Positions 27,771-42,000 of a stretch of 64,000 nucleotides of DNA are shown here, piece after piece. Within the stretch, counting starts at the first letter, position 1; every line of letters begins with the position of its first letter. The translations under genes and the position numbers were made by a program. Below the pieces are notes generated by a model that did no database searches, was not told where the DNA came from, and saw only the letters and a list, made by a program, of their open reading frames with translations. The stretch is from Nymphaea colorata (taxonomy: Eukaryota), in NCBI RefSeq assembly GCF_008831285.2, contig NC_045138.2, positions 1,364,001-1,428,000 on the forward strand, in the 5' to 3' direction.

Positions 27771-29760
27771 GCTATTGTACAGTTAATTGGTAGTTGTCAA
27801 TTAACTTTCGGTTTATTGTGTATTCTTGGAATTTGATGGTTGGAATACTGGGTGAAATTGGAATTTGTTCATGATATATTAATGTGTGAATATTCATTCT
27901 TAGAGTAAATACTATTGCAGGGTTCTAATTCTAATTAATGTTTTTGCTTCACAATCAAATGCTTCTAGTGAGAAATACTCCTATACAAGATGTTAATGGC
28001 TGGCAAAACTGAATTGAATGTCTTACATGTGATCCCATACTGATTTGACCTTTCTTTCGGATGCTTGGTTGGACTGAAATGCATAAATATTGTTTGAAGC
28101 AATTCAGTTGGTAGAGGAGAAGCTAGTCTATTTGGAAGCCACATGACCCTTTCTGTTCTGAGAATCAGATATTCCATTGCATAGAAAAATCCGATAGAAA
28201 AATGACATTAGTTTTTGGGGTATCCACTGGGGCCTTCAGACAGGACAGGTAAGGAATGGATGATTGGAGGCATTGGGGTTTTGACTCTTGAAACTTCTCT
28301 GAAGTTTCCTGAGCTATATGTCTCTTAAAACAATGAGAATTTAGCGACAGAGACAGAGATGATATTAGTCGCTGCCAGGTGCATAACAACTGAAATGAGT
28401 TTGAGCAATTTAATATTGTCATTGTCAAGGGAAGAAGGCATGACAGATTATCTTGGTGCATTTTTTTTTTCTGTCTGTATGATTTGGATGTGAAGATACG
28501 ATGGCAACCTGCAATCAGTGGACATCCTTGTCTATCAAGAAAAAATACTATTATTGTGATAATGCCGCAAAGGTTTAATATCATGTAATATTCTTGTTGT
28601 ACTTACCTTAGAAGACATGATTCTCTTTAATAAAATAAAGACAATGAACTGAGTGGACTAAAGATTACTATTACAACAGATAAACATGCTGAACCGTCTA
28701 GCTTGAGATGTTATTATGTGTTGTAGGTCAGATTGAGCAGGCCAAGTGGCACTCAACCTAGGAAATTTCAAGAAAAGTGTAGAGCTAAGTGAATTCAGGT
28801 TGTCACCAGTTTTTCTTGTTCAAAAGGAAAAGGACTAGCCCACTAAATGGGTCCTTTCTTTTTCTCACTACCAAAATGCATTTTCATTATTTAATTGCTT
28901 TCCTACTTTGATCATTGTAGAAGATCACTGTAGTCATTATATCAGCAAAGTGAGTCTATTTTATTAAGTGCCCTCTTCTCTTTTCCCTTTCAAGGGCACC
29001 CATCTCTAGAAACAAGATGCAAATTTAACGTCAAGGTCTAATTTGGAATGGTCAAGTGCATGAACAATGGTAGAGACATCTCCTTTTTTAAAAATTTTCA
29101 GGGAAAAAAAAAACAGTAGGCCATATTAGAAACTTAATAAATAATGGGGCTCATTTTTGGAATTGCAAGCAAAAAGGTTATGAGATCTTTTTCATTTAGA
29201 AAAAAAGGAATAATTTTGTAATGAAAAAAATAAGAGGGTGTTCAGAAATTCTTATTTTCTTTTTCCCAATGACAAGGACAGTAGCATCTCAGTAGGATCT
29301 CTTAGGGACAGTGAAATGTATGCATTATGGGGAGTTACTGTATATGGCAGCAGGACACAGGAAGCTGGTCAGGCAACTAAAAACAAAGAGAAGAGCATAC
29401 AGACAGAAAAAAAGAAAAAGATGACATCCATGAAGATAGCTTGCAGAGAGAGAGAAAACATGGACATGAGAGAAAAAAGTTGCAGCTGAGTTAATGAATC
29501 TCCTTTCACATAAAGCAGCCCATGCTCACTTGTTAGTTCGATGGGAGACCCCTTTCAATAATGCACCACTTTCTCCTTTCAGAGAAAAGAAACACCCCAA
29601 ACAGGAACAGTGATCTGATGTTAGTTCTGAATAAGGAAGATTCACTTTTTGCTTTTTTGATAAACTTAATATCATAAATCTCTAATACTGTCAGAATATG
29701 TGTATGGTAGAGCATAAATTATAACTTGTAAAATATATACTGTCCAAAATATATATCAAC

Positions 29761-29973
29761 CTAGACAAGATTGTACAGATCAAGCCAAGCCAAGCAGTTC
29801 TTGTTCATACTCAGCTCATGCAGATATGCGAACAGCAGAGCCGGAAGGAGCATATTCACGAGCCGAGCTGTGCTGAGCTGCAGCCAACTCAGCTCATTTC
29901 CAAGCCTGACTGGTAGATGGCCCATGGAAATGGGGCTCTTCTTCTCAAACACAGTGACAACTCCAGCCCCCAT
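29761..29973 (-). CDS. Candidate small protein (70 aa), unknown function
   Basis: ATG-to-TAG ORF in a GC-elevated island, with a TATA-like CCTATTTA about 35 nt upstream on the minus strand. Hydrophobic core LVNMLLPALLFAYL. No family recognised. Confidence 0.3.
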   Translation of the reverse strand: MGAGVVTVFEKKSPISMGHLPVRLGNELSWLQLSTARLVNMLLPALLFAYLHELSMNKNCLAWLDLYNLV

Positions 29974-30872
29974 TTGACTGGACTCTGGCTTGTAAGCAGA
30001 CCATCCAGTAAATAGGCAGTGCTGCTGCAGATCAGTATGTTTTTGGATCTTAAATCTGACTTTTATTCATCACTGAATGTCTGCAGATATTTGTAGAGCC
30101 CTGTGATAAGCAAGGATCTGAATGAAAGGGTTCAAGGGCATGGATCCATATCCATGCCTGCCAAGAAAAGCAGCAAGTCAGACATGGACCCAGATCCAGC
30201 TCAGTTGCAGCCTCGGGTCCCATCATACCAGGGTTTATCAATTATTCTGTTTTCTCAGTCTATGATTTCACAGGAATTATTAACTTTCTTGTTTTCCACT
30301 GTGTGTCGCGAGAATATGGTTATGGTCTAGCATGTGACCCAAGATCCGAAAAGAAGATCCATATTCTTAAAAGAGGACACGAGGGCATCAATCTCTTTTG
30401 CGCTTTAATGAAACAAAAACCAGTTTGGTGCTTATATTAATTCATTATTGAAGATTAAAACTTAGAAAAATGATAAAAATGTAGTTCTCATGACTTGGCA
30501 CCCTGTTATAATGGGAAGAAATCTTAAATCTTAGCATCGCTCCCAGAGGCAAAGGCATACTGTAGCTGGACGGATTGGCGAGCAGGTGAAAGTCCCGTAA
30601 TCAGTTCGTTTTTCGTAAGTGCTAGTCTTTTGAACTACAAACAGTAGATGTATGACATCCTAATTGACGGGTGTATTACTTTCCACCTACATTCTAAAGT
30701 AGTTCCTTAAGGTGCTGGGGGAAGGGAGAAAGTATTTGTGCCGACTGCAGAAAGGTTGCCGGTGCGCATGAGTTGGTGTAAAGTCGATTAGATGAAAAAC
30801 TCAACTTTCTTCATGGCAGAATGCCTTTTTACTTTTTGGTATTACAATTGCATCAGAATGAGTATCTCTCCC

Positions 30873-31174
30873 TAGTGGGCCTGGTCCCTCGCCCTAAATT
30901 TGGTCACCTAGGTTAACCCTAGTCAGCCATGATAACTTAATTTTTAACATACGTATAGTTATAGTTATGCATATTTATTTATAATTAATTATATTTAATA
31001 TAATTAATTATATTTATATATTATATCATATATAAAAATATATTTTTATTTTAATCGAGCTAGACCTCGAACCCAAGTTGCGGGCAACCAGGCCAAGCCT
31101 AGCTGCATTCACGAGCTGCAGCTCAGCCAAAGCCCACCTTTTTATCAGGCCAGTTCCGTGCCTAGTCCCCATTA
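30873..31174. mobile_element. Degenerate MITE (GGCCC-rich ends, AT-rich core)
   Basis: tagtgggcc ... gtccccatta with the same architecture as family A. TSD unclear. Confidence 0.45.
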
Positions 31175-32663
31175 GTGTTTCTCATTTAACAAAGGTCAAC
31201 AAAAAAAGATCCAAAAAGGGAGTTCATCCAATTGGGGGCTTCTCTGCACCTTAATGCCCTTTCATACACCCCAGTAGCCCAGGCGGTGATGACTGCCACG
31301 TGGCTGCATCTGGTTAATTAATTTCATTTACTAAGTTAATATTAAAATCAGTGAAGAATCACAATCAGAATCCAAAGACATTTGCTTATTGTGGCGTATA
31401 AAACCATGTGATGCATTTTGCATTCATAAAATTCAAAGCTCAGGCCTCCTTGGGGACATTTGACTTCCCTTTTTTTCCCCTTTTAATTGCAGAAACAAAA
31501 AGAAAAAGGAGCCAAAAAGCTAATATTAAAAAAGAAAAAACATATTTTTAGAGAAAAAAATAAAACATTGTTCAAGTTTTCAAGACATGTCACTTGATCA
31601 GCCTATTGTTGCAAAATATGCAGCTTAATTTAGGCAGTAAAAAGAAATAATTTTCAAGCGCTAAAGTGCTTTTGCTAATCCTTTAGAAGACAAACATCTT
31701 ATTGTGAAAAAGATTTGTTGCAAAGAGAGACCATCGAAACAAGGCCACTTTTATTTCCCAATTCACCAATGCTCAACCAACCTTTACACTAATTGAAGTA
31801 AGATCTACCTGAGGTTATAGTGCAATTTGTGGGTCAGTGTTTGGTAGGCAGCTAGTCTCACGTTTCGAATGTTACTGGCCCGGCTCCTTGTGAATCCCGA
31901 CACATGCCAGGATCAAGATGCCGGAAAATGACCTTGGGATTTTGTGCCCTCGAAAAGAAAAGAAATCTCTCAACCTACAGTGGTTTATCCCGAGTAATTT
32001 CCTTTTTTTCCCAAAAATATTAGAAATTTCTTGCATATGCAGCCTCACATGTTGCTTTCACCATCATGGGATTGTATGTAGAGGCTAAGAAAGGAGTGCC
32101 ATTGATTAAAAAGAGATGAAACATGCAAGAAGAGAAAGGAAGGGAGATGTGACAATGCAAAGGGCAAAAGGACATAACATCCCCATCTCATTCACATCTC
32201 TACTTTCAAAGGTGGGGCATGATTCCTTTAATCTAAAAGCAAATGGGGCATGCTATAGGATGTGTCCTGCACATTGACACTGAGAGGACCCCCTTTGTCC
32301 CTTAGCCCTTGGCTTATGGTGCCCAAGAGATCTTTGTGGGGAGGGGAACAGCAACATGAATGATTTAAGTGCTTTCACATTTGCTCCCATGGCTAGTAAG
32401 CTTGTTAGATGCATGACTTACTTTTTCACCTAGTGTGGATCCTGAGTTCAATGTATTAAATGGAGTCGTGTGTTTTTATCTTCGAGGGGTTGGTGCAACA
32501 GAGAGAGCAGAGGTTGGTAGGTGTTCAGTTTCCGTTTCAAGTTTCTGTAGCATCAGCGATCTTTCTGCCGCAATATGTTGAGGGGGAGGGGGTGCATCAA
32601 TATGCAAGTTGAAGCGTAGCAGAGACGCTACCTCAAGACACCAAAAGCAGCTCTGACCTCAAA

Positions 32664-32920
32664 ACTTTGTTTGGATTGAAGGAAAAAAATGGAAGGGAAA
32701 GGAAAGGAAAGAGAAAGGAAATAAATAGGGAGGAAAGAAATAAAAAGGAAAGAGAAGGAACGTCCGTTCCTTTCCCTCCCAATCTGTCCATTTTCCGAAA
32801 GATTAGCATTACATTAAAAAACTTTTCCTTTCCCTCTCTTTCTTTTCTTTTCCTTTGCACCCAAACACAATTATTAGTTTTCTTTTCCTTTTTCACCTTA
32901 TTAATTAGTCAGCCAAACAC
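32664..32920. mobile_element. PIF/Harbinger-type MITE with purine/pyrimidine fold-back
   Basis: tgtttgg at the left and ccaaacac at 32861 and 32913. GA-rich left half mirrored by a CT-rich right half. Confidence 0.55.
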
Positions 32921-34131
32921 AGGAAAGACCTTTCTTATCGTTCCTATAAGGGAATGGGGAGAAGAGGGGAGGCTTCCACTTTTACTCGGGTGGTAGGTTA
33001 TGCACACTAGAAAGGAACTGCTAGCTTTTATTTGGCCACCAACTGGCTGAGAGTGGGGATCTAAATAGATCAGGTACACTTAATTACCAATCTGATATAA
33101 AATTTATTTTTTTGGAACCTGTAAGGAATTTTAGATCCTTTTACTAATTGGTATGCAGCTTCATAACTGAAATCGTATCTAAGTCTAATATCTGAATTGC
33201 ATATGAAAAATATTCAACCCTATTACATACAAGTCTTGAATCAAATCAAAATTTGGTTTAAAAAAGGCTGAAGCGGAATCTCAATCTGAATCCATTTACA
33301 TAGATCCAATAATAACAAATTGAGTAAAGGGTGGATCATCCTGATTCGAATCCAAAACTGTTTCGGTCTCAGATTTAGCGGAAGGTTGGCCCAATGCCCT
33401 GCTAAAGTCAAAGCTTTGCGCTGCTATGAGCCGGTCAAAGTTGTTTGAGAAACAACTGGGTTACATTGACCAAGCTATGGGCTTGCTAGCTTGTGATCCA
33501 TTTCAAGTGCAAAATAGTTAAAGGAACAAACGTAGAGTTGTTTGATGCACCATGGGATGGCCTTGGAGGCTTTTAGTTCTTGTTTAAAGTGGGATTAATT
33601 TTCACATGAAAATGATTCACAGGCATTTTGCCTCATATGTGAAACCACATTCATATTGAGAGACTTGATTGCCCACCATAAACCTTGAGGCTATTTCCAT
33701 GCTCTTAAGGACATTGCATGCTTGTGTCCATGCCACTAAAACAAGGAACCGGCCGCTTACCAGCCACTAGACCAAAGATGGTGTCCCCTGCATAAAATAT
33801 TTCTAAGTGTTCGATAGGGTTAAGATGGGCAGCGCAGCGCGCCCACCTCATCGAACCCATTTCTTTTATGTGCCTTGAGACATTTAGCAAAGTTTTGCTT
33901 GTCTCCTTTTGTAACCTTGCATTTTTCTTATCCTCTGCTTTTGGTCCTTCAACCCTTGTCAAGATTTCAACACAACTATGTTGCAGTTTTGTCTCAAGGA
34001 GCATACTGCAACCAAGCGGCAATGTGGCTTACACTCAATGAGTCCGACTGTTATGCTCCGGTAAGTACTTTTCTAGGCTGCAAATGGTGGCAAACATGAC
34101 AAATTGATAGGTCCATTTTAACCTGAGTAGA

Positions 34132-34139
<8 letters not shown>

Positions 34140-34222
<83 letters not shown>
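34140..34222. repeat. Long (TA)n microsatellite
   Basis: Directly visible. Confidence 0.95.
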
Positions 34223-34227
<5 letters not shown>

Positions 34228-34800
34228 TCTCGATTCGGGTGAAGACTTTACAATCAATATTTGATTGATGACAATTCTGTAACCCTAACAAGAAACTTAT
34301 ACTGGCAACGCACATGGCCCTGAGATGGGCCTAGTCACGTCATACCTAGTGAGAATGCATCTCAAACCGCAAGCCCAGACTGGTCCAATTTACTGTTTGG
34401 GTCAGTGCCATTTGGGTCAATGGTGCTGGTGGCACCCGGTGTATATTTAAATGCCTAGAAGAGCCAACTATTCTCCAACGAAGAATATCCAATTTTACTT
34501 TTTCAAAGTTTCTTGTGAGACTGAGGGGCCGCTGGAATTGTGGCAAAAGCTTTTATCCGTATAAAAGTTAAGGGTAAGAAAAATATTTACCAAAAGTTCT
34601 TGCGTTCTTTTAAAAGGCAATTACTTTCTTTTGTTATATTTTCAGAAACTTGTGACGCCCTTCCAAAGAAATAACTTTGAAAAATATAGGCTTCAACATT
34701 TATTGCTTCAAAGTGATTTGTTTTCTCTTTTCAAATAGGTAAGGATCAGTTCTTCTCATTACTCTAGAACTGGCATGAGATATCTTAATTCCAAATAAAA

Positions 34801-34878
34801 TACAAATATTCCTGGGCTTTATACATCTACACATCTACATACAAATATTCCTGGGCTTTATACATCTACACATCTACA
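34801..34878. repeat. 39-bp perfect tandem duplication
   Basis: tacaaatattcctgggctttatacatctacacatctaca occurs twice. Confidence 0.9.
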
Positions 34879-36012
34879 TCTTAGGTAGTGAAGTGCAATA
34901 CCTAATTTGAAGAGTGTGCCGCTGCCATCATTGATGCCGATGCAGCCCATGACTCCAGAAACAGAAGGAATGAAGAAATGAAGAGGCCTTCAGACCTCAT
35001 TTTCCAGCTGTGGTTTATTAACCTTCTACTCACGGGAAATAAAATGCAATTAGGTAAATACCATTCTATCAATATCGTTGTCATTTTTTTAATCATTCTT
35101 TTTTTTTTTTTGTTGGGGGGGGGTGTTGTTGCTATCATGAATAGTGACTCAATCCACATAATCATATGCACATATACATGCATATGCATGCGTGCCAACT
35201 TATATTGGCTTTGAAAACACCTACATTAATACCCATATCATTAAGACATGAGTACCCAATGCCCACTCAGATCTCTGGCTCCATGAGCTAGTCTTTCTGT
35301 TCTTTAAAAGAGATATAAAAAGTCCTTTCTAAAGAAGAAAAAACTGTCTATCTAACAAGAGAACTTATCTCAAGATTTTTATCATGTCTGAGTAACAGAA
35401 AAATATTCTGTAGGCCCCACCTGTTTTAGCCTTCAAGCGGATATCCCCTCCATTTGATAAACAGCATACCAGCATTATTTCATCTCAAATGAAATCTCTC
35501 TCTCCCTTTCTCTCTCGCGTTCTCTACTGCTGTATGGCTTGTATTCACCCAACGAGAAAAAAATGTTGCATTTTGCAGTGCGATTTTTCTTCTACCTATT
35601 CACAATTAAAACCAAGCCGGCTTTCAATTACAAGTACTAAAAGCATGACATGGCTAGAACTTTCAAGATCAGGAGTCCAGCAACCCACGTAATAATAGAA
35701 CTATTTTACTATAGTTAACTACATACTATACTGTTTGTTAAATCATGACTCTGCAATCCTGGTAAGGCGAAGACCATTAATATGATCTCGTCCACTTAAA
35801 CTGCACTGTAGGAGGATTCTATCGCTTGAAGAAGCAACAAGATAATCAAACCAGAGAGTACAGGCCCGAGGAATGCTCGAGCAGTGGACAGAAAATTCAT
35901 ACCACAGCAGAGGGAAGCTAACTAGATAGATGCTATTGCGTCATCCAAAAGTTTGGAACATCAGCTACAGCTTTCATGGCCACTTGATACTGCATCGCAT
36001 CAGCTACAGATT

Positions 36013-39000
36013 TCATGGGTGCCACTTGATGCTGCATCCAATACTGTAGGAAGAAAAACCTATGTAAGCAGAAAAGAACGAACAGTTTTTGTTTTCTAAA
36101 CTGATTGTCAGCACTCAACCACATGATGGTTTCAACAAGAAAACGTGTGCATAGACTTCTTCAACAAACAAGATTTTTACCGTTTTTACCCTACCCTTTT
36201 GCGGTTGAGTGGTCCAACATCTTTAGTTCCTATTTACGTTTTCTCACTTTCAGGCATATAAGGCTTTGGTTCATCCCCATGATCCCAATCCCTCACTTGA
36301 CAAAGGGGGAGTCCCTTGGGGAAGTTTAGAAGCAATGAGCAAAGCCAAGCAGAGGCTTCCATGACCCATTAATGCAGTTCAGCATTGCAGTGCCTCATGG
36401 ACAATCCAAAGGAACAATGAAGTTTGCAGCCTTTATTATCATTACAAGATATTCCTCAAACATCAAACAGGAAATCAAGCAACCTGGTGACAATCTCCTT
36501 ACCTTCACATGTAACACTTAACAACTCACTAGAAGGAAAAATTTAGAGTCAATTCATGTATACTAGGGCATTTGTGGGTGGGATATTCAGATATATTATT
36601 ATCCAAATCTACAAGGTCTCTGAATTTATGTGCATGTGCAGTAATAAGAACTTGAATAGAAAAATACCTTGGCCTTTGTGGATTAGGAAATGGTCTGCCA
36701 CCCAGAAGACAGTCAACTGCCAAGCTCAAGTCACTGAAGACAGTTTACGGAAATTAAGAAGTGTGCTGTAAAGAAAGGAAAGAAAAAAAAATAGCAACAG
36801 GAGCATATTGACAATCCTGGGAGACTACCTTCCTGTGACTGGTACATTGTTACCAGGACGTGACTCATCAAACCGCCCATGGTAGAAAAGATCAAAAGGC
36901 TTTCCCACATCCTTAAAAAATTCACACAATTACATACAAATGAATATTCATGTCAAATACAATTCAGAGGAAATGAATTTCTGGTGCATAATTCAGAGGG
37001 AATGAATTACACTACTTCTAGAACAAAGTAACAGTATGCATCTACTTGTGCCTATGTTTCCTTCGCAGTTTGTTCCCTCTGCATGGCTTAATGAACTTTG
37101 TTCCTCTAATCCCCCTCAGTTTTGTGAACGACCACTGGTATACACTTTCAAACAACCAATTGAACCACCATCTACCAACTCTTGCAATTCAGAGATAAGT
37201 AGTTATGATAACATTGGTGTACATGATATGGTTCCAGAAGAATAGGTACATATTTTGGCTCCTGATACTGAAGATGATAGATCCATTGCATTGAAGAAAG
37301 ATAAAAAGAAATACACTATACACACCATATCCAAGTTTGTCATGGATGCTAGACTGGGAAATCATATGAAAAGGTTTACACCTGTTCTTTCAACTACTTA
37401 TATCCCATTGAATCACCAGCAAACTTTGATGGACCCTTAGTTATGATAGCATTGGTGTATATGATATGGCTCTAGAAGAATAGGTGTGTACTCTTTTGAG
37501 ACTTTTTCACCTACAGCCAGATTTGGAACCATCAGGTTAGTCATTTCTATTGCGATTTATTATGGGTGGACTATCACAGCTTAACGTGAGAATGCCTTCC
37601 TATATGGTGATTTGTCTGCAATTGTATATATGCGAAAACCTCCTAGGTTTGAACAACAGGGAGAATGAGATGTGTAAATTGAAGAAGACTATCTATGATC
37701 TCTAAAACAAAGTCCTCGTTCGTGGTTCCACAAATTTCTTGAGGTGATGTCAGAGGTTGGCTTCGAGAGATCTCCATCTGATCATTCTCTTTTTGTGAAA
37801 AGAGGCTCTCAAGGTATTCTGGTCATAATTGTATATGTGGATGATATTATCTTGACAAGTGACAATCAGCCTGACATCCAACACGCTAAGAGTTACTTAC
37901 AGCAGAAGTTTGTTACTAAAGATCTGGGTCCTCTTAGATACTTCCTACGAATAGAAGTTGCAAGGGACAAAGAGGGCACCGTGTTGTCACAAAGGAAGTA
38001 TGTCAAGGATCTTTTACAGGAAACGGTTTGAATTTATTCCTATGGATACTTAGGTAGTCCTATGAATCCTAGAGTTCACCTACATGGTGAGCAGTGAGAA
38101 CATGTAGATAGTAAATCATATTGGTCTCTGATAGGTAAGCTCTTATATGTCACTGTCATGAGACCCAATATATCATTGGTAGTTGGAAAGTTAAGTCAAT
38201 TTATGGACAAACTAGGGAAGGTGCACTGGGATGCATGGTGCTCACATATTTAAAATCCTCTCATGGAAAAAGCCATCTAGACATAGAAGGCTTCTCTCTT
38301 GATAATTGATATTATGGCCTTTACAGAAGCTGATTACAAGGGATCTGTTGATGATAGAAAATTCACCATTGGCTTCTGTATCTTTGTTGGAGGAAACTTG
38401 ATAGCTTGGTTAAGTAAGAAATAGGGAGTGGCGGCTAGAGAGGAAGTGTTAGAAATAAGATTGTTAGCAGTTTATAGAATATTAGTTAGTCATGAGGTTC
38501 TACATATTATTCTTTTAGTTTTTAGTGCACTATTTTGTAATTTCTGATTTTCGGCCCTAAACACTATTAAAAACATGATTAAGGTTTTCTAATGTATGAT
38601 TTTCTTTCTTCTTTCTCCTGGTTTCTACAGTTACCATGGCTAAAAGTTGTCCATCTTCTCTCATTGACTACAAGAGAACAAAAAGAAGTGAATCAAATAT
38701 GAAGCATTCAAACAGTTGCATCTCCTAATTAAGTCTAGGCACCATTTTGGAACAGTATGTAAAGACCAACTTGCATGTAGCTAAAATTACCTTTTTGAAC
38801 AAGAAGAACTCTGGTGTGCAAACAGCTTGAAAGGCCCGCGCAATGTCTTGTGACTAGAAATGATTATCAATGTCATTCTCTAAATAAGAAATTAAGCATT
38901 CACCATTTTCTACACTCTATGGGCAAAATTGACCAAATAACTCAATTATATTTGGAAGTGCCATTTTCAGTCCAATGTTAAATGAAAAATGCATGAAGGA

Positions 39001-42000
39001 CCCATGAATAAGCTCCCAAAAAAGGGAAAGACAAAAGCACAAACGTACCATCCGTAATAGGTAAATGGACAAAGTAGAACCCCAAAAACTCTGCTAATGT
39101 AACTTGAAAATTACAAGTCCGATGACACTTTGTTCCAAAAACAAGGACAAATGATGACCTAGCATCTTATATATTAGTAACAAGCAGCCCATTCCCTAAA
39201 TTTAAAACTGTAAAACCATTTAAAAAAGTAATCACTAATGAACATTAGTAGAAGAATGAGTTCCCTTTAAGACACATGAACCTTTCCTAGGATGAACTCA
39301 AAAATCACAACCCACACTCTCTGACACCTTCTCCAAACATTATTTACACGTGAAGCCAAAGGTCAGGTATTGATGCCTTGCAAACAATTGACTAATCCAA
39401 GAATTTGTCCAATGGCCAAAAGAAGATGGGAATTGGCCTTACACTGTGAAAGTAAAGGGACAGGACTTCAACAGAAAAGATATTGATCAATCTCGTTCTA
39501 GGCAATTTTTCGACAAGCTTTTTCATAAATTTTCTTCAAGATATACATATCTTTAGGAGACCTCTGTAGTTTTAAAACTTGAAAAGCTACAAAGGAATAA
39601 TAAAAGATTGCAATGTAATAAGTTGCCTGGTACTTTTTCTTTCTAAAAATATAAACAGGTATAAAGGTTATTCTATATAATATACTTCAAAGAAAATCAT
39701 ATGATCAGAAACATGATTTTGAAAATCTCGAGAATATTTTAGGAAGACATTAGGAACGACAATATCACAATATTTTCAGTTATGGCATTTTTGCTTGAAA
39801 ATATCACAATAATTTGCCGATATTATCAGCTTGATTCAAATTTCAAAATAATAATGATACTATAATCTTTTCAAAATGCTGCTGCAACCGTGCGGTAGTA
39901 TTGTTGAGCAGAATAAAGGAAATATGCTATATCAACCAGGGTCTAGAATAACTAACCCTACCACAAAACGGTTTCCTGTGAAAGCAAGTAATAATAGTGT
40001 TGCTTTGGCATGTCATATGCGTAATGCTGAAAGAAAAATCATTCTCACAACTATAAAGATTATAGTGTAACTGTTCAATTATCAAAAGAAGCTTAATTTC
40101 TCATCACCTACCTATTTTGATCTTTCATATGTAGTAACTCCTTTTAATAATATTTTCTTTTATTCTTCATGAAAATCTAAACATCTAAGCTCATATATCA
40201 TGGACCATGTGACTAGGAAAAAAAATATAATTTCCATTCTCTCCTGCAAGAAATCCATGAATAAGCAACTGGACATCCTTGCCTCGCAATTAAAGAACGT
40301 CATATTCAGTGCAATCAATTCTCCAAAACAAAAGCCTGAATCACAAAGTGAAAGTTACTTGGACATCCCTTCTCTTACAGTATTCATAAATGCATCATCT
40401 GAAAAGGAGCCAAATACAAGTGTTTTAAACCTATAAGCTCCAATACAATATAAAAACATGTAACACGCTCTTCCATAGGCTAGTATTCACATTTATATAC
40501 CATATTTTGGTTTTAGAGCAAAGTCACCATGCAACAACTACTTAAACAAAAATTAAAAATCATCATATTTAATGTCAAAAGGAAAATGAGTTTTAGACTT
40601 TTACTTGGAGATAGAAAAAACAAATGATGAATAGATATTTTTATATGTTCCTGAAAAACTGTCTAAAAACAGCAAAAGACACCCATGTTACCGCACCTTA
40701 TCATATAGATATGGAAATGGGTAATCAAATGTCTTGGCATCTTCCGCCATGAACTTGGGCCCATCCTGCAAATGCAAATATGAAAAAATACAGTTACAAG
40801 AGAAGAGACAAAAAAGGCAGTACAATAAGCATAACGGTTATAACAGGCATTATTACATTGTATAAAAACAGACAGAGTACAGCATGGTAACTTGTATACT
40901 TGACAGCACATGGAAGATGGATAGCGTTCAACATCATCAGTGGGAACCAAAAGATGTCTTTTGGTTCAAGGATGCATAGATTCAAAATTTCAAACACACT
41001 AGACTTATTCAAAGTGAATATTCATTGCATGATCGACTCCATACTATCAACGGATATTACCTTGAATAGCTCATTTCCTACTTTTTTTTTTTTAATCAAA
41101 TATATTGGATGAATCATGTAGGCAATATCCATAGAAGAACAATCCTGATTTAGCAGCAAAAGCCAATTCCCCATCTATCTGCTCCATAGCAAATTAGCAA
41201 TAGAAATGTCTATGTTTCTTGACTATGACATCAATCCGCAACCTGAAGTGCTCATAGTGGCATTGTAACGGGAGGACCATTTAAGAATCTGTTGAAAGCT
41301 TTTACTGTTTTACATGCATATATTCTAACAGTAGCAATATCCTCTCTATACCATCTCTAAAAAGAGAAAAATAGCTTCGATGTCCCCTTGTCATTTTTTA
41401 GCAAATTATTGGTCTTCTATTTTCTGATTGTGTTCTGCACTTCAGTTCATTTTGTGATGTCCACCTTATTTTTGTCAAACTTAAGCATACGAGGGCTTGA
41501 CTTATCAGCTTTTTATCTATAAAGCTCATCTAATATATAAGCATAAAAAAAATTAAGCACATGAGGGCCTTGAGTTGTCAGCTTTTTACATAAATCTCAT
41601 CTAACAAATAAGCATCACAACAATAAGGAAAAATCAGTGGAGTAAGTAACCCTTCAAGCCTCAACAGGGCATGTGAAGGCATAGTTTTGCCAATGACCTA
41701 GGTGATTGAAGGTAGCAGCAGACCCAGGGCATTATTTTCAAGTTAAAAAGCAAGGTAGTTTGGATATACTGAATGTGCAGGCAAGAGAAGACACAGACCA
41801 ACATCAAGGGCACCTCAAGCCAGGGCAATTAGGTTGTTTCCTGGTCCTCCTGGATGGACAACCATAAGAACTAGAAGTTCCACAAGGGTACATCTGAAGA
41901 CTGTACTTTCAGGGTTTAACATTTGAACTGCTATATTTATTTAAGAATGCAAAAGACAGCAATCCCACATAAGGTTACAAGAAATGAAATTAGCACCTTG

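Noticed and set aside
28165..28584. 139-aa minus-strand ORF downstream of the RLK
   Set aside because: No recognisable motif and random-like composition.
31295..31304. Perfect palindromic G-box GCCACGTGGC; also a MEF2-type CArG at 3785-3794
   Set aside because: Isolated short motifs with no linked promoter can occur by chance in 64 kb.
33705..33790. KRPVP as a CLE-peptide motif
   Set aside because: Lacks the rest of the CLE box (SGP.PLHN).
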